Shown in pieces: positions 8,806-18,450 of a stretch of DNA of 24,000 bases (the stretch's first letter is position 1; the number at the start of each line of letters is the position of its first letter). The notes under the pieces were generated by a model. The model did not search any database. It was not told the DNA's origin and saw only the letters and a list, made by a program, of their open reading frames with translations. Origin of the DNA: Candidatus Heimdallarchaeota archaeon. GTDB lineage: Archaea; Asgardarchaeota; Heimdallarchaeia; JABLTI01. Location of the stretch: contig JAHLVW010000061.1 in assembly GCA_019058275.1 (NCBI GenBank), positions 3,656-27,655 of the forward strand, in the 5' to 3' direction. A program made the translations under genes and the position numbers.

Positions 8806-9060
8806 AAACATTAGACATTGAATTCCTTAATGTAGATACTTAAATAAGTAAAATTCCTTTGCTAAATTATTATCAAATTAATTCAAGTAATAACAAATTC
8901 CAAGGTTGTAATCAGCAAATTGAAACAAAAATCTCAGACTAATCAGCAAAAGGAAATAAATAAGGTTTTAAAGAAAAGATTCAGAAAAATAGATGATCCA
9001 AATTACTCCTTTTTTTGATGAAGAATATAGACGTTATACTTTTATGAAACGAATACTACT

Positions 9061-9780
9061 TTGGTTTCTGGTTTACCATTATTTGCAATTGGTCTTATTC
9101 TTCTTATTTTAGGAAATATCCTAGGTATTATCCCTATCACTTTTGGAGGATTAGGAATTATGATGCTGATGTACCTCCCTATCCACATAATTGATAGAAG
9201 AAAATTCAAAGCTACTCTTGAGCTAAAAGAAAACAAGCTATATGACAAATTATTGGAATTATCAAGAAAATATAGTGTGTCTAATGGTTACTTAGATCAA
9301 GAAAAAGCAAGATTAGCAACATATATTTTAGTTGATGCCAAATATGAAAATATAGCCATAGTTTTAAAGGAACGCTTATCTCAACGAAAACCTTACAGAG
9401 CACAAGAAGTATTAAGAGCTTTTTATCTTCTAGCAATTAAACTTGGATATAATGATCACATAGACTTGTATTATGAATTAGAAGAAAGTCAAGGAATAAA
9501 ACGAAAGGAATCTATTAATCAAGAAATTCTTGAAATTGTTGTTCCTATTACAAAAATATACTACCTTGAAGAACTACCTCAAGATGAAAAATGTATGGTT
9601 TCTGGTTTAACCTTAGATTTCTTCACAGATACTATAGTTGTATGCCTTTACTGCTCTACATGGGCTAAAAAGGACTTACTTGATTCATGGTTAAGTGAAA
9701 ATGATTTCTGTCCAGTTTGCCGCAGAGAGCTTAAAGTCGATGATTGTCCAATAGTAGAAGTTAAATCAGATCTTAAATGA
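9061..9780 (+). CDS. Membrane-anchored protein with a C-terminal RING-like (degenerate RING-H2/U-box-like) zinc finger
   Basis: Two N-terminal TM helices. The C-terminus CMVSGLTLDFFTDTIVVCLYCSTWAKKDLLDSWLSENDFCPVCRREL resembles the RING-H2 tail (...D-x-W-L-x4-CPhCR), but some ligand positions are substituted. TTG start. Confidence 0.5.
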   Translation: MVSGLPLFAIGLILLILGNILGIIPITFGGLGIMMLMYLPIHIIDRRKFKATLELKENKLYDKLLELSRKYSVSNGYLDQEKARLATYILVDAKYENIAIVLKERLSQRKPYRAQEVLRAFYLLAIKLGYNDHIDLYYELEESQGIKRKESINQEILEIVVPITKIYYLEELPQDEKCMVSGLTLDFFTDTIVVCLYCSTWAKKDLLDSWLSENDFCPVCRRELKVDDCPIVEVKSDLK

Positions 9781-9879
9781 AGATCATGTAATCATAATAG
9801 TATAATCCATTAGCAGAATTTAATTAATTTTGTCGAAAAGGAAAACATTTTTTTATCATTATTTATTGATATCGTTATT

Positions 9880-11334
9880 ATGGCTGAAAGAATAATCTCA
9901 TTTGACATTTTACGAGGTTGGGCTATCCTTGGTAATCTTATGGTTCACACCTTTATGCTAGTAAGCCAAGTTGAAGGCGTTGCGGAAACAAATCCATCTG
10001 AATTAACTACATTTGGTTTTATACTTATGGGGGTTGTTGTCGTATTTGGTCATTGGCGAGGATTATTCCTGATGATTAGTGCTGCTGTTCATATGTTTAC
10101 TATGCAACGAAAGCTAAAACAAGGTATTTCACGAGGAGTTATTCTAGTTCAAGAAGTGATTAAAGGTATTCTCTTATGGCTTTGGGCAATGTTCTTCTAT
10201 GTTTTCTTAGCTCAATGGAGCATATCCAAAGGTTGGGTGGAAACTGGATCAGTAGTAATTGAATGGCAGGATGTTTACCATGCAGATGCATTTGTTAACA
10301 TTGCTTTTGCCATTATATTATCAGCTATAGTTTTCTATATTTTAACATCAAATGAGAAATTGAAGAAACCAATTGTTGGAGCAATCGTTTTCGCTGTAAT
10401 TGGATGTTTATTTATTTTTCCAGCACCAACAATTCACGAAGCAGCTATAAACTTCTGGGGAGTTGATTTGCATGACGAATTTGGACACCTATACAACATA
10501 GGTGATAAAGGATGGTGGGATTATATTCTAAGATATATTGGAAATCAATCTGTAGGACGGGAATCACCATTATTTCCTCACTATGCTTATAGTGCAGTAG
10601 GTTCAATACTGGGTATTTTCATTTCACAAGAAAAACCAAACAAAAAGAAATTCTTGTCATGGGGATATGGATTAGCTGGATTCTGTATGGTTTTCTCAGC
10701 ATTCTGGTTATTTATTGTAGAAAAAATCCCAGAAGATCCATTTAGTTTAGTGGATTTCCATATACATCCAACTTGGTTTGTATTTGTAACAATAGGAATG
10801 TTACTAATACTCATTCTAAGTTTTATGGCAGGACTTGAGTTCAAAAACAAAATTAACTGGGACCGTCGTTTACGATTATCTAAATTCAGTCGCAGAGCAG
10901 GTTTCCTTTCGCTTTCAGTTTATTCCTTTGCTTCAATTCAAGCACTCTTAAGGGTAGCATTGTGGGGTATAACACAACTTTTCGGTTGGTCTGATCCAGG
11001 TTTTCGAACTTCCTTTGGATTGTCTGTTGGATGGACATTCTTACTTATACTCCTTGAAATGGGATTATGGTTCTTCATTTTATGGATCTGGGAAAAAGTT
11101 TACTATGTTGGTTCATTAGAATGGCTGTTTGCTTTGGTTTTAAAAGCCCCATTTCAGAGAAAACAAGAAGTTAAGAAATCGATTTTTGGTGATTTCCTTA
11201 ATGTAAGGGGTAGATTAATTGAACCAACACCTATACATTGGATTACTCCTGAAACCACACTTGAAACAACATTAATGGATGACGAGATTGATACTCAATT
11301 CATTCAAGAAGAGAAAGCTCTACTAATTAATTGA
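9880..11334 (+). CDS. Polytopic membrane protein, DUF1624/HGSNAT-like acyltransferase family
   Basis: N-terminal RIISFDILRGWAILGNLMVH matches the R-h-x-S-h-D-x-h-R-G motif of the heparan-alpha-glucosaminide N-acetyltransferase catalytic (DUF1624) / YeiB-type families. At least 10 hydrophobic segments. Confidence 0.5.
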   Translation: MAERIISFDILRGWAILGNLMVHTFMLVSQVEGVAETNPSELTTFGFILMGVVVVFGHWRGLFLMISAAVHMFTMQRKLKQGISRGVILVQEVIKGILLWLWAMFFYVFLAQWSISKGWVETGSVVIEWQDVYHADAFVNIAFAIILSAIVFYILTSNEKLKKPIVGAIVFAVIGCLFIFPAPTIHEAAINFWGVDLHDEFGHLYNIGDKGWWDYILRYIGNQSVGRESPLFPHYAYSAVGSILGIFISQEKPNKKKFLSWGYGLAGFCMVFSAFWLFIVEKIPEDPFSLVDFHIHPTWFVFVTIGMLLILILSFMAGLEFKNKINWDRRLRLSKFSRRAGFLSLSVYSFASIQALLRVALWGITQLFGWSDPGFRTSFGLSVGWTFLLILLEMGLWFFILWIWEKVYYVGSLEWLFALVLKAPFQRKQEVKKSIFGDFLNVRGRLIEPTPIHWITPETTLETTLMDDEIDTQFIQEEKALLIN

Positions 11335-11589
11335 TTATCAATTCATTCTAGTCTCTTTTATTTGATGAAAGATAAAACTTCATTATTTTCTTATTTCCAG
11401 CATCATACTCATGAAATCGATTGAACACATCTGTGAAAATTAATTTTAATGTTTTTCACTTTAGAGCCAGTTAATAATAATTTTGCACATGTTGCCAGTT
11501 ACAAATACTCGATTTAAAAGCAAGCTATAACTAAAATAAGTAATACCTTTTCTTTGAAATTGATCATCTAATTTTAAAGGTGTGAGAAA

Positions 11590-12093
11590 ATGGATCTACT
11601 TAAATTAGCAAAATACAATAAATGGGCTGGGGATAAAACTAGAGATGTTTTGAAGAATGTTTCAAATGAAGAATATTTACAAGAGTTAGGAGAACCATTC
11701 ACTAAAGATCTTAATACTTTGCAAAAAATTATCGAACATTCCATTCGAAGACTTGAGTTTGTTCTAAATCAAATTTCAGTTGAATCAGATGAAAAACTCG
11801 AAGAAAATACTCCTAAAATGGAAAATCTTACTTTAGAGAAATCAATTGAAAGATGGAAAAAAATTGATGAGGAATTAGCAACTTTTCTTAAGAATGAAGT
11901 AACTGGTACAGCTGAATTTCCAATATCAGGTAGAGAAGGGGTTGCTGTTGCTAAAGAGGATTTATTATTTATGTTCTTTAATCACACTACTTATCACCGA
12001 GGACAACTTATGTTAGCATTAAGTAAACTGGGAAAAGAAACTACAGGTACAGATTATATAAGATATATTTTTGCTGAAATGTTCAAGAAATAA
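11590..12093 (+). CDS. DinB-family protein
   Basis: NKWAGDKT near the N-terminus and HTTYHRGQLMLAL near the C-terminus (DinB four-helix-bundle His motif). AAGGTG lies upstream of the ATG. Confidence 0.7.
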   Translation: MDLLKLAKYNKWAGDKTRDVLKNVSNEEYLQELGEPFTKDLNTLQKIIEHSIRRLEFVLNQISVESDEKLEENTPKMENLTLEKSIERWKKIDEELATFLKNEVTGTAEFPISGREGVAVAKEDLLFMFFNHTTYHRGQLMLALSKLGKETTGTDYIRYIFAEMFKK

Positions 12094-12182
12094 TATAAAA
12101 TCATTCTTTAATATCAACTAAGCAAATTACAAAAAATTTTACACTTATTTTTATATGGTTAACCAAAATTTAGAAAAGATTT

Positions 12183-13007
12183 TTGATATTCAGTGAAAAG
12201 AATTTCACGATTAAGTTGTTTGTAAAAGTTTCCCCAGAAAATCAATGCAATTATAAGTTTCTTTTTGATGATTGGAAATATTTTTCTTTGACAGTCTATT
12301 ATGTTTTGAAAAATAAATTAGGAGAATTAGTGGTTGATAATTTGAATAATCCTACATATGCTAAACTCTCTCATTCCAGAACTTCTTTTATTGCTGGACT
12401 ATATGACAAGAATATAGCAAATCAAATTCTAGAATCTCTCCCTCAAAAAACAGCAATAATATTTAGTGATAATAATTGGTATACACATGTTGAGGATTTT
12501 TTCAGTAAAAAACCTGATATCAAATTCGCATTTAAAGAGAGAACAACTTTTTCAAGCGATTCACTATCTATCAAACATCTGAATTCATTGAAGAAATCCT
12601 TGCTTGAAGGATTTGTGTTGGATAAAGTTGATGCAAATGCAATTGAAAATTTGCCAAAAGAACTAACAGAGAACTATTCTGCATATTTTGGTTCAGCTGA
12701 AAAGTTCATGAAACAAGGATTAGGTTTCTATGTAAGATATGGAAAAGATATTGTTTGTTTAGCTTCAGCAGCACTTCCAATTATTGATAATTCATTGGAA
12801 ATAGATATAATAACAATTGATGATCCACAATATCGGAGAAAGGGATTAGCTACAGCAGCATGCATAGCACTTATAGAATTTTGTCTTAAAGAGAGTATAA
12901 CACCTCATTGGGACGCTCAAGATGAACGTTCAGCAATTTTTGCTAAGAAACTTGGTTTTACTAAGCCTGTAAAATGGAAGCTATATTATTGGTATAAAAA
13001 ACCCTAA
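12183..13007 (+). CDS. GNAT-family acetyltransferase (long N-terminal domain type)
   Basis: C-terminal YRRKGLATAACIALIEFCLKESITPHWDAQDERSAIFAKKLGF is an acetyl-CoA binding motif A (R-x-x-G-x-A) plus the GNAT tail. The start is uncertain (TTG 12183; see findings). Confidence 0.65.
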   Translation: MIFSEKNFTIKLFVKVSPENQCNYKFLFDDWKYFSLTVYYVLKNKLGELVVDNLNNPTYAKLSHSRTSFIAGLYDKNIANQILESLPQKTAIIFSDNNWYTHVEDFFSKKPDIKFAFKERTTFSSDSLSIKHLNSLKKSLLEGFVLDKVDANAIENLPKELTENYSAYFGSAEKFMKQGLGFYVRYGKDIVCLASAALPIIDNSLEIDIITIDDPQYRRKGLATAACIALIEFCLKESITPHWDAQDERSAIFAKKLGFTKPVKWKLYYWYKKP

Positions 13008-13114
13008 TTATCTTAGAAAAATAGAGATATCAATAAAAGAAATTTTACAAATAATCCTATTTTTTCTTTGTAATACTAAAGATTTATTATTCTCAAGTTT
13101 CCAGTAGAATAATT

Positions 13115-15037
13115 ATGAAATCTGTTGAGACTATCTGTGAAAAATACGCAGTTCAAAATGCACTAGAACATGGTGAAGCACAGGTTGGTTCAGTAATGAA
13201 GATTATCATGAAAAATAATCCAGAATTACGAAAAGAAGCCAACAAAGTGAAAGAAATACTTGAGAGGAAAGTAGAATTTGTAAATACATTAGAACAATCA
13301 GAAATACAACAAATAGCTCAACAAAAATATCCTGAAATTTTAGTAGAGGAAATCACTGCTGAAGAAGATGATGTAGATTTCATTAGAAAGATTATCAATA
13401 AAGATAATAAAACAGGTAAATTTGGCGGTCGTGTCCGCACACGGTTTCCTCCCGAACCAAATGGTTACTTACACATAGGTCATGCAAAATCAATAAATCT
13501 GAACTATGGAATTGCAGAAGAATATGGTGGAAAATTCAACCTACGTTTTGATGATACTAATCCATTAACAGAGGAAATTGAGTATGTTAAGGGGATAATA
13601 GAAGATGTTAAGTGGTTGGGAGGAGATTTCGAAGACCGATTATTGTATGCATCAGATTATTTTGACCAATTTTATGAGTATGCCATTCAGTTTGTTAAAA
13701 AGGGAAAGGCTTACGTTGATGATCTAACAGTAGAAGAAATTCGTAAACAAAGAGGTTCCTTAACAGAAACAGGAAAAGAAAGTCCTTATAGAAATAGATC
13801 CATTGTAGAAAATCTAGATTTGTTTATTAGGATGAAGAATGGAGAATTTCCAGATGGGGCTAGAGTTTTACGAGCAATAATAGATATGAAGCATCCAAAT
13901 CTATTGATGCGAGACCCAGTTATCTATAGAATACTTCATGCAAAACACCACAACACTGGTGATAAGTGGTGTATCTATCCAATGTATGATTGGGCCCATG
14001 GACTCGAAGATTCAATAGAAGGAATTACCCATTCAATTTGTACCATGGAATTTGAAGTTCATAGAGAATTATATGATTGGTATCTTGACCAATTAGAGGA
14101 TGAAAATGGTAAACCAATCTATCACCCACAGCAAATTGAATTCGCTAGATTGAATGTTTCTAATACTGTTCTAAGTAAGCGAAAGATGCTGAAATTGGTT
14201 AAAGAAGGATATGTAGATGGATGGGATGATCCTCGAATGTTAACAATCGTTGGTTTAAAACGAAGAGGAATAACATCTGAAGCAATCTGTAATTTCTGCA
14301 AAGCAATTGGTGTAACTAAAAGAAAAACAGTCATTGATATCTCTATGCTAAATAAGTTTGTTAGAGATGATCTTGACAAAAGTTGCACTAGAGTAATGAG
14401 TGTTTTAAAGCCATTGAAAGTCACAATCACCAACTATCCTGAAGATAAAGGAGAGGAAATTAATGTGCCAAATCATCCTAAAGATAAGAAAATGGGAACA
14501 AGAAAAGTGAAATTTGCAAAAACGCTCTACATCGAACAAGATGATTTCATGGAAGATCCACCAAAAGATTATCGAAGATTATCACCAAACAAAGAAGTGC
14601 GTTTGAAATATGCTTACTATCTTAAATGCGAAAAAGTGATCAAAGATAAGAAAACGGGAGTAGTTAAAGAAATTCAATGCACTATTGATCCAAAAACCAA
14701 AGGTGGAATCTCTCCTGATGGAAGAGAAGTTGAAGGAACAATTCATTGGATTTCAGCAAAACATGCAGTAAAGGCAGAATTCCGGTTATACAATGATCTT
14801 TTCACCAAAGTAAATCCTCTTGAGACAGAGGAAGGAAAAGACTTCACGGATTATATAAATCCTAATTCTCTTGAAATTCTTCATGGATATGTTGAACCAC
14901 AATTACAAAAAACGAATATCGGTGATAGATTTCAATTTGAACGAAATGGTTTCTTTAACATCGATTATGAGTCCAAGAAAGAAGCTCTAATATTCAATAG
15001 AATTATCCCTTTGAGAGATTCATGGACAAAGAAGTAA
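13115..15037 (+). CDS. glnS: Glutaminyl-tRNA synthetase with a ~95-aa N-terminal extension
   Basis: Near-identical blocks to E. coli GlnRS: [56 protein letters not shown] (KMSKS), [31 protein letters not shown]. Confidence 0.9.
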   Translation: MKSVETICEKYAVQNALEHGEAQVGSVMKIIMKNNPELRKEANKVKEILERKVEFVNTLEQSEIQQIAQQKYPEILVEEITAEEDDVDFIRKIINKDNKTGKFGGRVRTRFPPEPNGYLHIGHAKSINLNYGIAEEYGGKFNLRFDDTNPLTEEIEYVKGIIEDVKWLGGDFEDRLLYASDYFDQFYEYAIQFVKKGKAYVDDLTVEEIRKQRGSLTETGKESPYRNRSIVENLDLFIRMKNGEFPDGARVLRAIIDMKHPNLLMRDPVIYRILHAKHHNTGDKWCIYPMYDWAHGLEDSIEGITHSICTMEFEVHRELYDWYLDQLEDENGKPIYHPQQIEFARLNVSNTVLSKRKMLKLVKEGYVDGWDDPRMLTIVGLKRRGITSEAICNFCKAIGVTKRKTVIDISMLNKFVRDDLDKSCTRVMSVLKPLKVTITNYPEDKGEEINVPNHPKDKKMGTRKVKFAKTLYIEQDDFMEDPPKDYRRLSPNKEVRLKYAYYLKCEKVIKDKKTGVVKEIQCTIDPKTKGGISPDGREVEGTIHWISAKHAVKAEFRLYNDLFTKVNPLETEEGKDFTDYINPNSLEILHGYVEPQLQKTNIGDRFQFERNGFFNIDYESKKEALIFNRIIPLRDSWTKK

Positions 15038-15041
15038 ATGA

Positions 15042-15956
15042 GTGATTTCTTTGAACGATGATAAATCAAAAGATGCAGAAGAGAAAGTTCAGGAGCTGTA
15101 TTCTCAAGCACTTGATCATTACGAATTATATGAGTACGATAAAGCTCTTGACCTTTTACTCGAAGCTGAAATGAGTGATCAAAATAATATAGATATTCTA
15201 AGAGGAATTGCACAGATCTACTTAATGCTTAAAGGATTTAAAGAAACCATAAACTATTGCGAGAAAACTTTAAAGATAAATCCAGAAGATGATGTAACAC
15301 TAATTGTCTATGGAAGTGCTTATTTGCAACAAGGAGATTTCGAAACTGCAAAGGAGTATTTCCAAAAAGCTGAAAAAATCAATCCAGAATCATTTGATGT
15401 TAATTTTAATTTGGGTGTTCTTCATATGAATCTCCGAAAATTCCAGAAAGCATTAGATTTCTTTCATAAAGCAGAATCTATAGATTCAAATGATGTATTC
15501 ACAAAATTCTCCATCGCTGAAACATATGAAGATTTAGATAAAATAGATGATGCGATAAAATACTACTCGAAGGTTTTAGAATTAAGTTCTGATGCTTATC
15601 CAATAATTATGCGTTTAGCAGAGCTACATTATGATAGAAAGGAATATGAGAAGTCATTAGAATACCAAAAGGAATTTCTAAAAATATTCCCAGATGACCA
15701 TCTTATAATAAATAATATTGGGTACACATATCTAAAAATGGGTGAATTGGAAAAAGCACTAGAATTTATCAAGAAATCTATTGAAATAAACTCAGAATTT
15801 GCAGATGCATGGAATAGTCTAGGAGAATATTACGAAATAAAAGAGGATTACAAGAAAGCATTAGAACACTATCAAAAAGCTCACAGCTTGGATAAAGAGA
15901 ATCCTGAACATAAAGAAGCAATCGAGAGAATAAGGAAAAAATTAAAGAAAAAATAA
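15042..15956 (+). CDS. TPR repeat protein
   Basis: About eight 34-aa repeats with A-x3-Y/F-x-K-A-L-E-h-x-P patterns (for example ALDFFHKAESIDSND and ALEHYQKAHSLDKENP). GTG start 4 nt after the glnS stop. Confidence 0.75.
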   Translation: MISLNDDKSKDAEEKVQELYSQALDHYELYEYDKALDLLLEAEMSDQNNIDILRGIAQIYLMLKGFKETINYCEKTLKINPEDDVTLIVYGSAYLQQGDFETAKEYFQKAEKINPESFDVNFNLGVLHMNLRKFQKALDFFHKAESIDSNDVFTKFSIAETYEDLDKIDDAIKYYSKVLELSSDAYPIIMRLAELHYDRKEYEKSLEYQKEFLKIFPDDHLIINNIGYTYLKMGELEKALEFIKKSIEINSEFADAWNSLGEYYEIKEDYKKALEHYQKAHSLDKENPEHKEAIERIRKKLKKK

Positions 15957-15997
15957 TCACATACTAACATGGGATTAACTAGATATTAATAATAATC

Positions 15998-16408
15998 ATG
16001 ATAGGTGATTTTATGGCTCTATTTGTTTTAGTTTACGTTTGCAGTTTTTTTATGATAGGAAGGAATTTTATTTCTTTGCTTCTCAAAGTAATTGATCTGT
16101 TAAGTAATAAGAAAAGAAAGGAGATAAAAGAGTCAAAATCTACCGCTTTCAAATACATTGCTTTGATTTTTACAGCTGTATTAGGTATTATCTGTGGAAT
16201 TGGGATGCTGTTTCCCTATCAAATCTTTGGATACTATCTATATTTCATCGTTTCAGGAATGATGATTTACTCTTATATTAGCTATGCTGGAATTACCTTT
16301 GAAAACAAACAATGGATTATGTTTATTGTTTCAATTTGTGTTACTCTTCTGATTATTGTATTGGCTTCACTACTAGCATTTTACATGGCTACAGGAATTA
16401 TAGATTAA
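15998..16408 (+). CDS. Small integral membrane protein (4 predicted TM helices), unknown function
   Basis: ORF with four long hydrophobic stretches. No recognisable motif. Confidence 0.45.
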   Translation: MIGDFMALFVLVYVCSFFMIGRNFISLLLKVIDLLSNKKRKEIKESKSTAFKYIALIFTAVLGIICGIGMLFPYQIFGYYLYFIVSGMMIYSYISYAGITFENKQWIMFIVSICVTLLIIVLASLLAFYMATGIID

Positions 16409-16426
16409 GGAACTAGATAGACATCA

Positions 16427-16906
16427 TTACTTTACTAACGATTTTTGTATGAAGATTATTTGCCCTAGGTGATAAGAATTATGTTGAAGAAGAATTTGTA
16501 AAATCTTGTATTTCTGAACATTTTTCCAATTAGGTGTTGGTTGAAATAAATCAATATTATCGATTATCTTCTCAACATATGCTAATCCATCAAGAAACCG
16601 ATTCCTATAATCTTCAAATTCGTTTTGATTACACTCATCTTTAGGAAATGATTTCAGTTTAATATTTTCTTTAAATGTTGAATCATCATCTTCTAGTAGT
16701 GCAATTATTAGCATTTGCCAAAAATACATATGGAAAAATATTTCCCAAATTGTAGATACTGTTGGAGCAATTCTATTATTTGCTATGTCAAATGGTAGTT
16801 TTTGAATTACTTCATTTGTATAAAGGTGAGTGTCTCCACCGATAAGACCATCTTTCAAGTGAAACCTAAATTCTTCGATTTGCTTTTCCAAAGTTGTTTT
16901 CCTCAA
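16427..16906 (-). CDS. DinB-like (DinB_2 superfamily) protein
   Basis: C-terminal HNSYHLGQIIFIQ, plus internal His residues spaced as in DinB-fold proteins. Confidence 0.55.
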   Translation of the reverse strand: MRKTTLEKQIEEFRFHLKDGLIGGDTHLYTNEVIQKLPFDIANNRIAPTVSTIWEIFFHMYFWQMLIIALLEDDDSTFKENIKLKSFPKDECNQNEFEDYRNRFLDGLAYVEKIIDNIDLFQPTPNWKNVQKYKILQILLQHNSYHLGQIIFIQKSLVK

Positions 16907-17013
16907 ATTAATGTTACAATATTTACAAATAAATCATTTTAATATTAAAACCAAGAATAACAAATAGAATTTTAACCATATATCGCATTGTGTCAATATA
17001 AGGGTGATTTGTT

Positions 17014-18003
17014 TTGAAGAAAGAGAAATTTATCTCAGTAATTTTTGTTTTAATCATAAGTTTTGGAATAAATATTCATTTATGTAATTCAGATAATAAT
17101 TCCATTCAGGAATATAGAGTTGTTAAATTAAATATTAGTAAAACAATCCTAGGTCTTGAAGAACATAATCCAATACTAATAGATTCAAATGATGATTTTG
17201 AGACACTTAATTTTACTGGAGAAAGAACTGAACTCGAACCATACATTATAGCTAATTTGTATATTAATGCATCTGGAACAACTAATGGAATAGAAATACA
17301 TAATACAGGCGTGCATTTTGAAATTAGGAATTGTACGATTGAAACAGATTACATAGGTATTCTATTAAGTGCTGTAGCAGCGAGCACATCAAAAATTATT
17401 GATAATTTTTGCGTATCAAAATCGGGAGATGGAGGAGGTATTGGATTATCAGGAACATATGGATGCAATATAACTGATAATGAATGTGCCTATTTTATGC
17501 AAGGAATTCATCTAAATAATGCTCATAATAATATCATAACAAACAATATCATCCCAGTTAGCAATTATCAAGGTATTAACATTCGATATTCAAATTACAA
17601 TGAAATAACATACAATAGAATTCAGTATTCACAACAACATGGACTTGCATTTGTAGGAACAGCACATGATAACATTATTCATCATAATACATTTATCAAT
17701 AATTCATTAGTTGATGAGTATTTGATTGATGGTGAAAGATCTGGAGCAATAGGCAGTCAAGGATACGATGAAGGATCAAATAATATCTGGTATGATGAAG
17801 ATGGAAAGTATGGAAATAGTTGGTCAGATTACAATGGAAGAGGATCTTATTCAATAGACGGACCTGCAGATGCTAAAGACAGTTATCCTTTAGAATTGAC
17901 TTACACTGAAGGTTCTCCAATATCAATAGTAACAATACTAACTTCTATAGTAGCAATTAGTATCTACTATCTAATACATAGGGAAAAAAAATCTAAATAC
18001 TAG
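17014..18003 (+). CDS. Secreted right-handed parallel beta-helix (PbH1/NosD-like) repeat protein with a C-terminal TM anchor
   Basis: Signal-like N-terminus. Repeated ~22-aa N-x-I-x-x-N units (NITDNECAY.., NNIITNNIIP.., NEITYNRIQY.., DNIIHHNTFINNS). C-terminal hydrophobic helix followed by REKKSKY. TTG start preceded by GGGTGAT. Confidence 0.7.
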   Translation: MKKEKFISVIFVLIISFGINIHLCNSDNNSIQEYRVVKLNISKTILGLEEHNPILIDSNDDFETLNFTGERTELEPYIIANLYINASGTTNGIEIHNTGVHFEIRNCTIETDYIGILLSAVAASTSKIIDNFCVSKSGDGGGIGLSGTYGCNITDNECAYFMQGIHLNNAHNNIITNNIIPVSNYQGINIRYSNYNEITYNRIQYSQQHGLAFVGTAHDNIIHHNTFINNSLVDEYLIDGERSGAIGSQGYDEGSNNIWYDEDGKYGNSWSDYNGRGSYSIDGPADAKDSYPLELTYTEGSPISIVTILTSIVAISIYYLIHREKKSKY

Positions 18004-18019
18004 CCTATTTTCGGCTAGT
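17999..18019. terminator. 7-bp GC-containing hairpin (actagcc / tattttc / ggctagt) overlapping the TAG stop of the beta-helix gene
   Basis: Complementary arms were read directly. The loop is T-rich. Any terminator role is inferred. Confidence 0.35.
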
Positions 18020-18040
18020 GACTTTCTCTTTATTCTAATG

Positions 18041-18142
18041 TTAATTTAAAAATCCTATATCCACATGATTAATGATAGCTAATGTTAAAGCAGTTAAAGC
18101 TACAAGTAGTGCAGCAAATGCTACCCATTTAACTAGTTTCAT
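18041..18142 (-). CDS. Possible 33-aa single-pass membrane peptide (up to 48 aa if started at GTG 18187)
   Basis: Minus-strand ORF MKLVKWVAFAALLVALTALTLAIINHVDIGFLN*. It is not in the supplied track because it is short. There is no homology evidence. Confidence 0.25.
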   Translation of the reverse strand: MKLVKWVAFAALLVALTALTLAIINHVDIGFLN

Positions 18143-18450
18143 ATCCTTATTTACATCAGAAGTTTGTTCCTCATTCAAATTAGACACCTAAACTCCAATT
18201 CCTTGGATAATAATAATTCTATTTTCTTAAATTTAAATATACTTTAATGATTGAATGTATTTGCTTACAAGTTTTTTATTAAGTGTAAGATTGAAATTTA
18301 GTATTTACTAACTAGTTCTTTTAGAGAATAGGTTAGTAATAAAAAGAAGAAGCTATTGATATTTGTTATAGTTCTTTTTTACTAGACCAACTAATTAGCT
18401 TTTAAAGAAATTTATTAATTCAAAAGACTAGTACAAATAAATAGAGTACT

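Noticed and set aside
11341-11560. The 255-bp intergenic region was considered as (a) a degraded minus-strand gene relic (…IFTDVFNRFHEYDAGNKKIMKFYLSSNK*, faintly GNAT-tail-like) or (b) a C/D-box sRNA (tgatga at ~11364-11369, ctgtga at ~11431-11436).
   Set aside because: The translated fragment is short, interrupted by several stops, and the resemblance is weak. The box elements deviate from RUGAUGA/CUGA, and no C'/D' pair or terminal stem is evident.
112-15044. Out-of-frame ATGs immediately next to GTG starts (112-114 versus GTG 114; 15038-15040 versus GTG 15042), considered as signs of indels at gene starts.
   Set aside because: ATG triplets are frequent in AT-rich sequence. GTG/TTG starts with plausible GGTGA/AAGGAG-like upstream elements occur elsewhere in the window (for example 17014). 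No homopolymer is involved at these two sites.
18190-18450. Long AT-rich intergenic region with small inverted repeats (ttactaac…gttagtaa; cttaca…tgtaag) and the repeated tagttctttt, considered as an ncRNA or regulatory element.
   Set aside because: The stems are short (6-8 bp) and AT-rich with long loops, so they are expected by chance at this composition. No conserved RNA motif was recognised.
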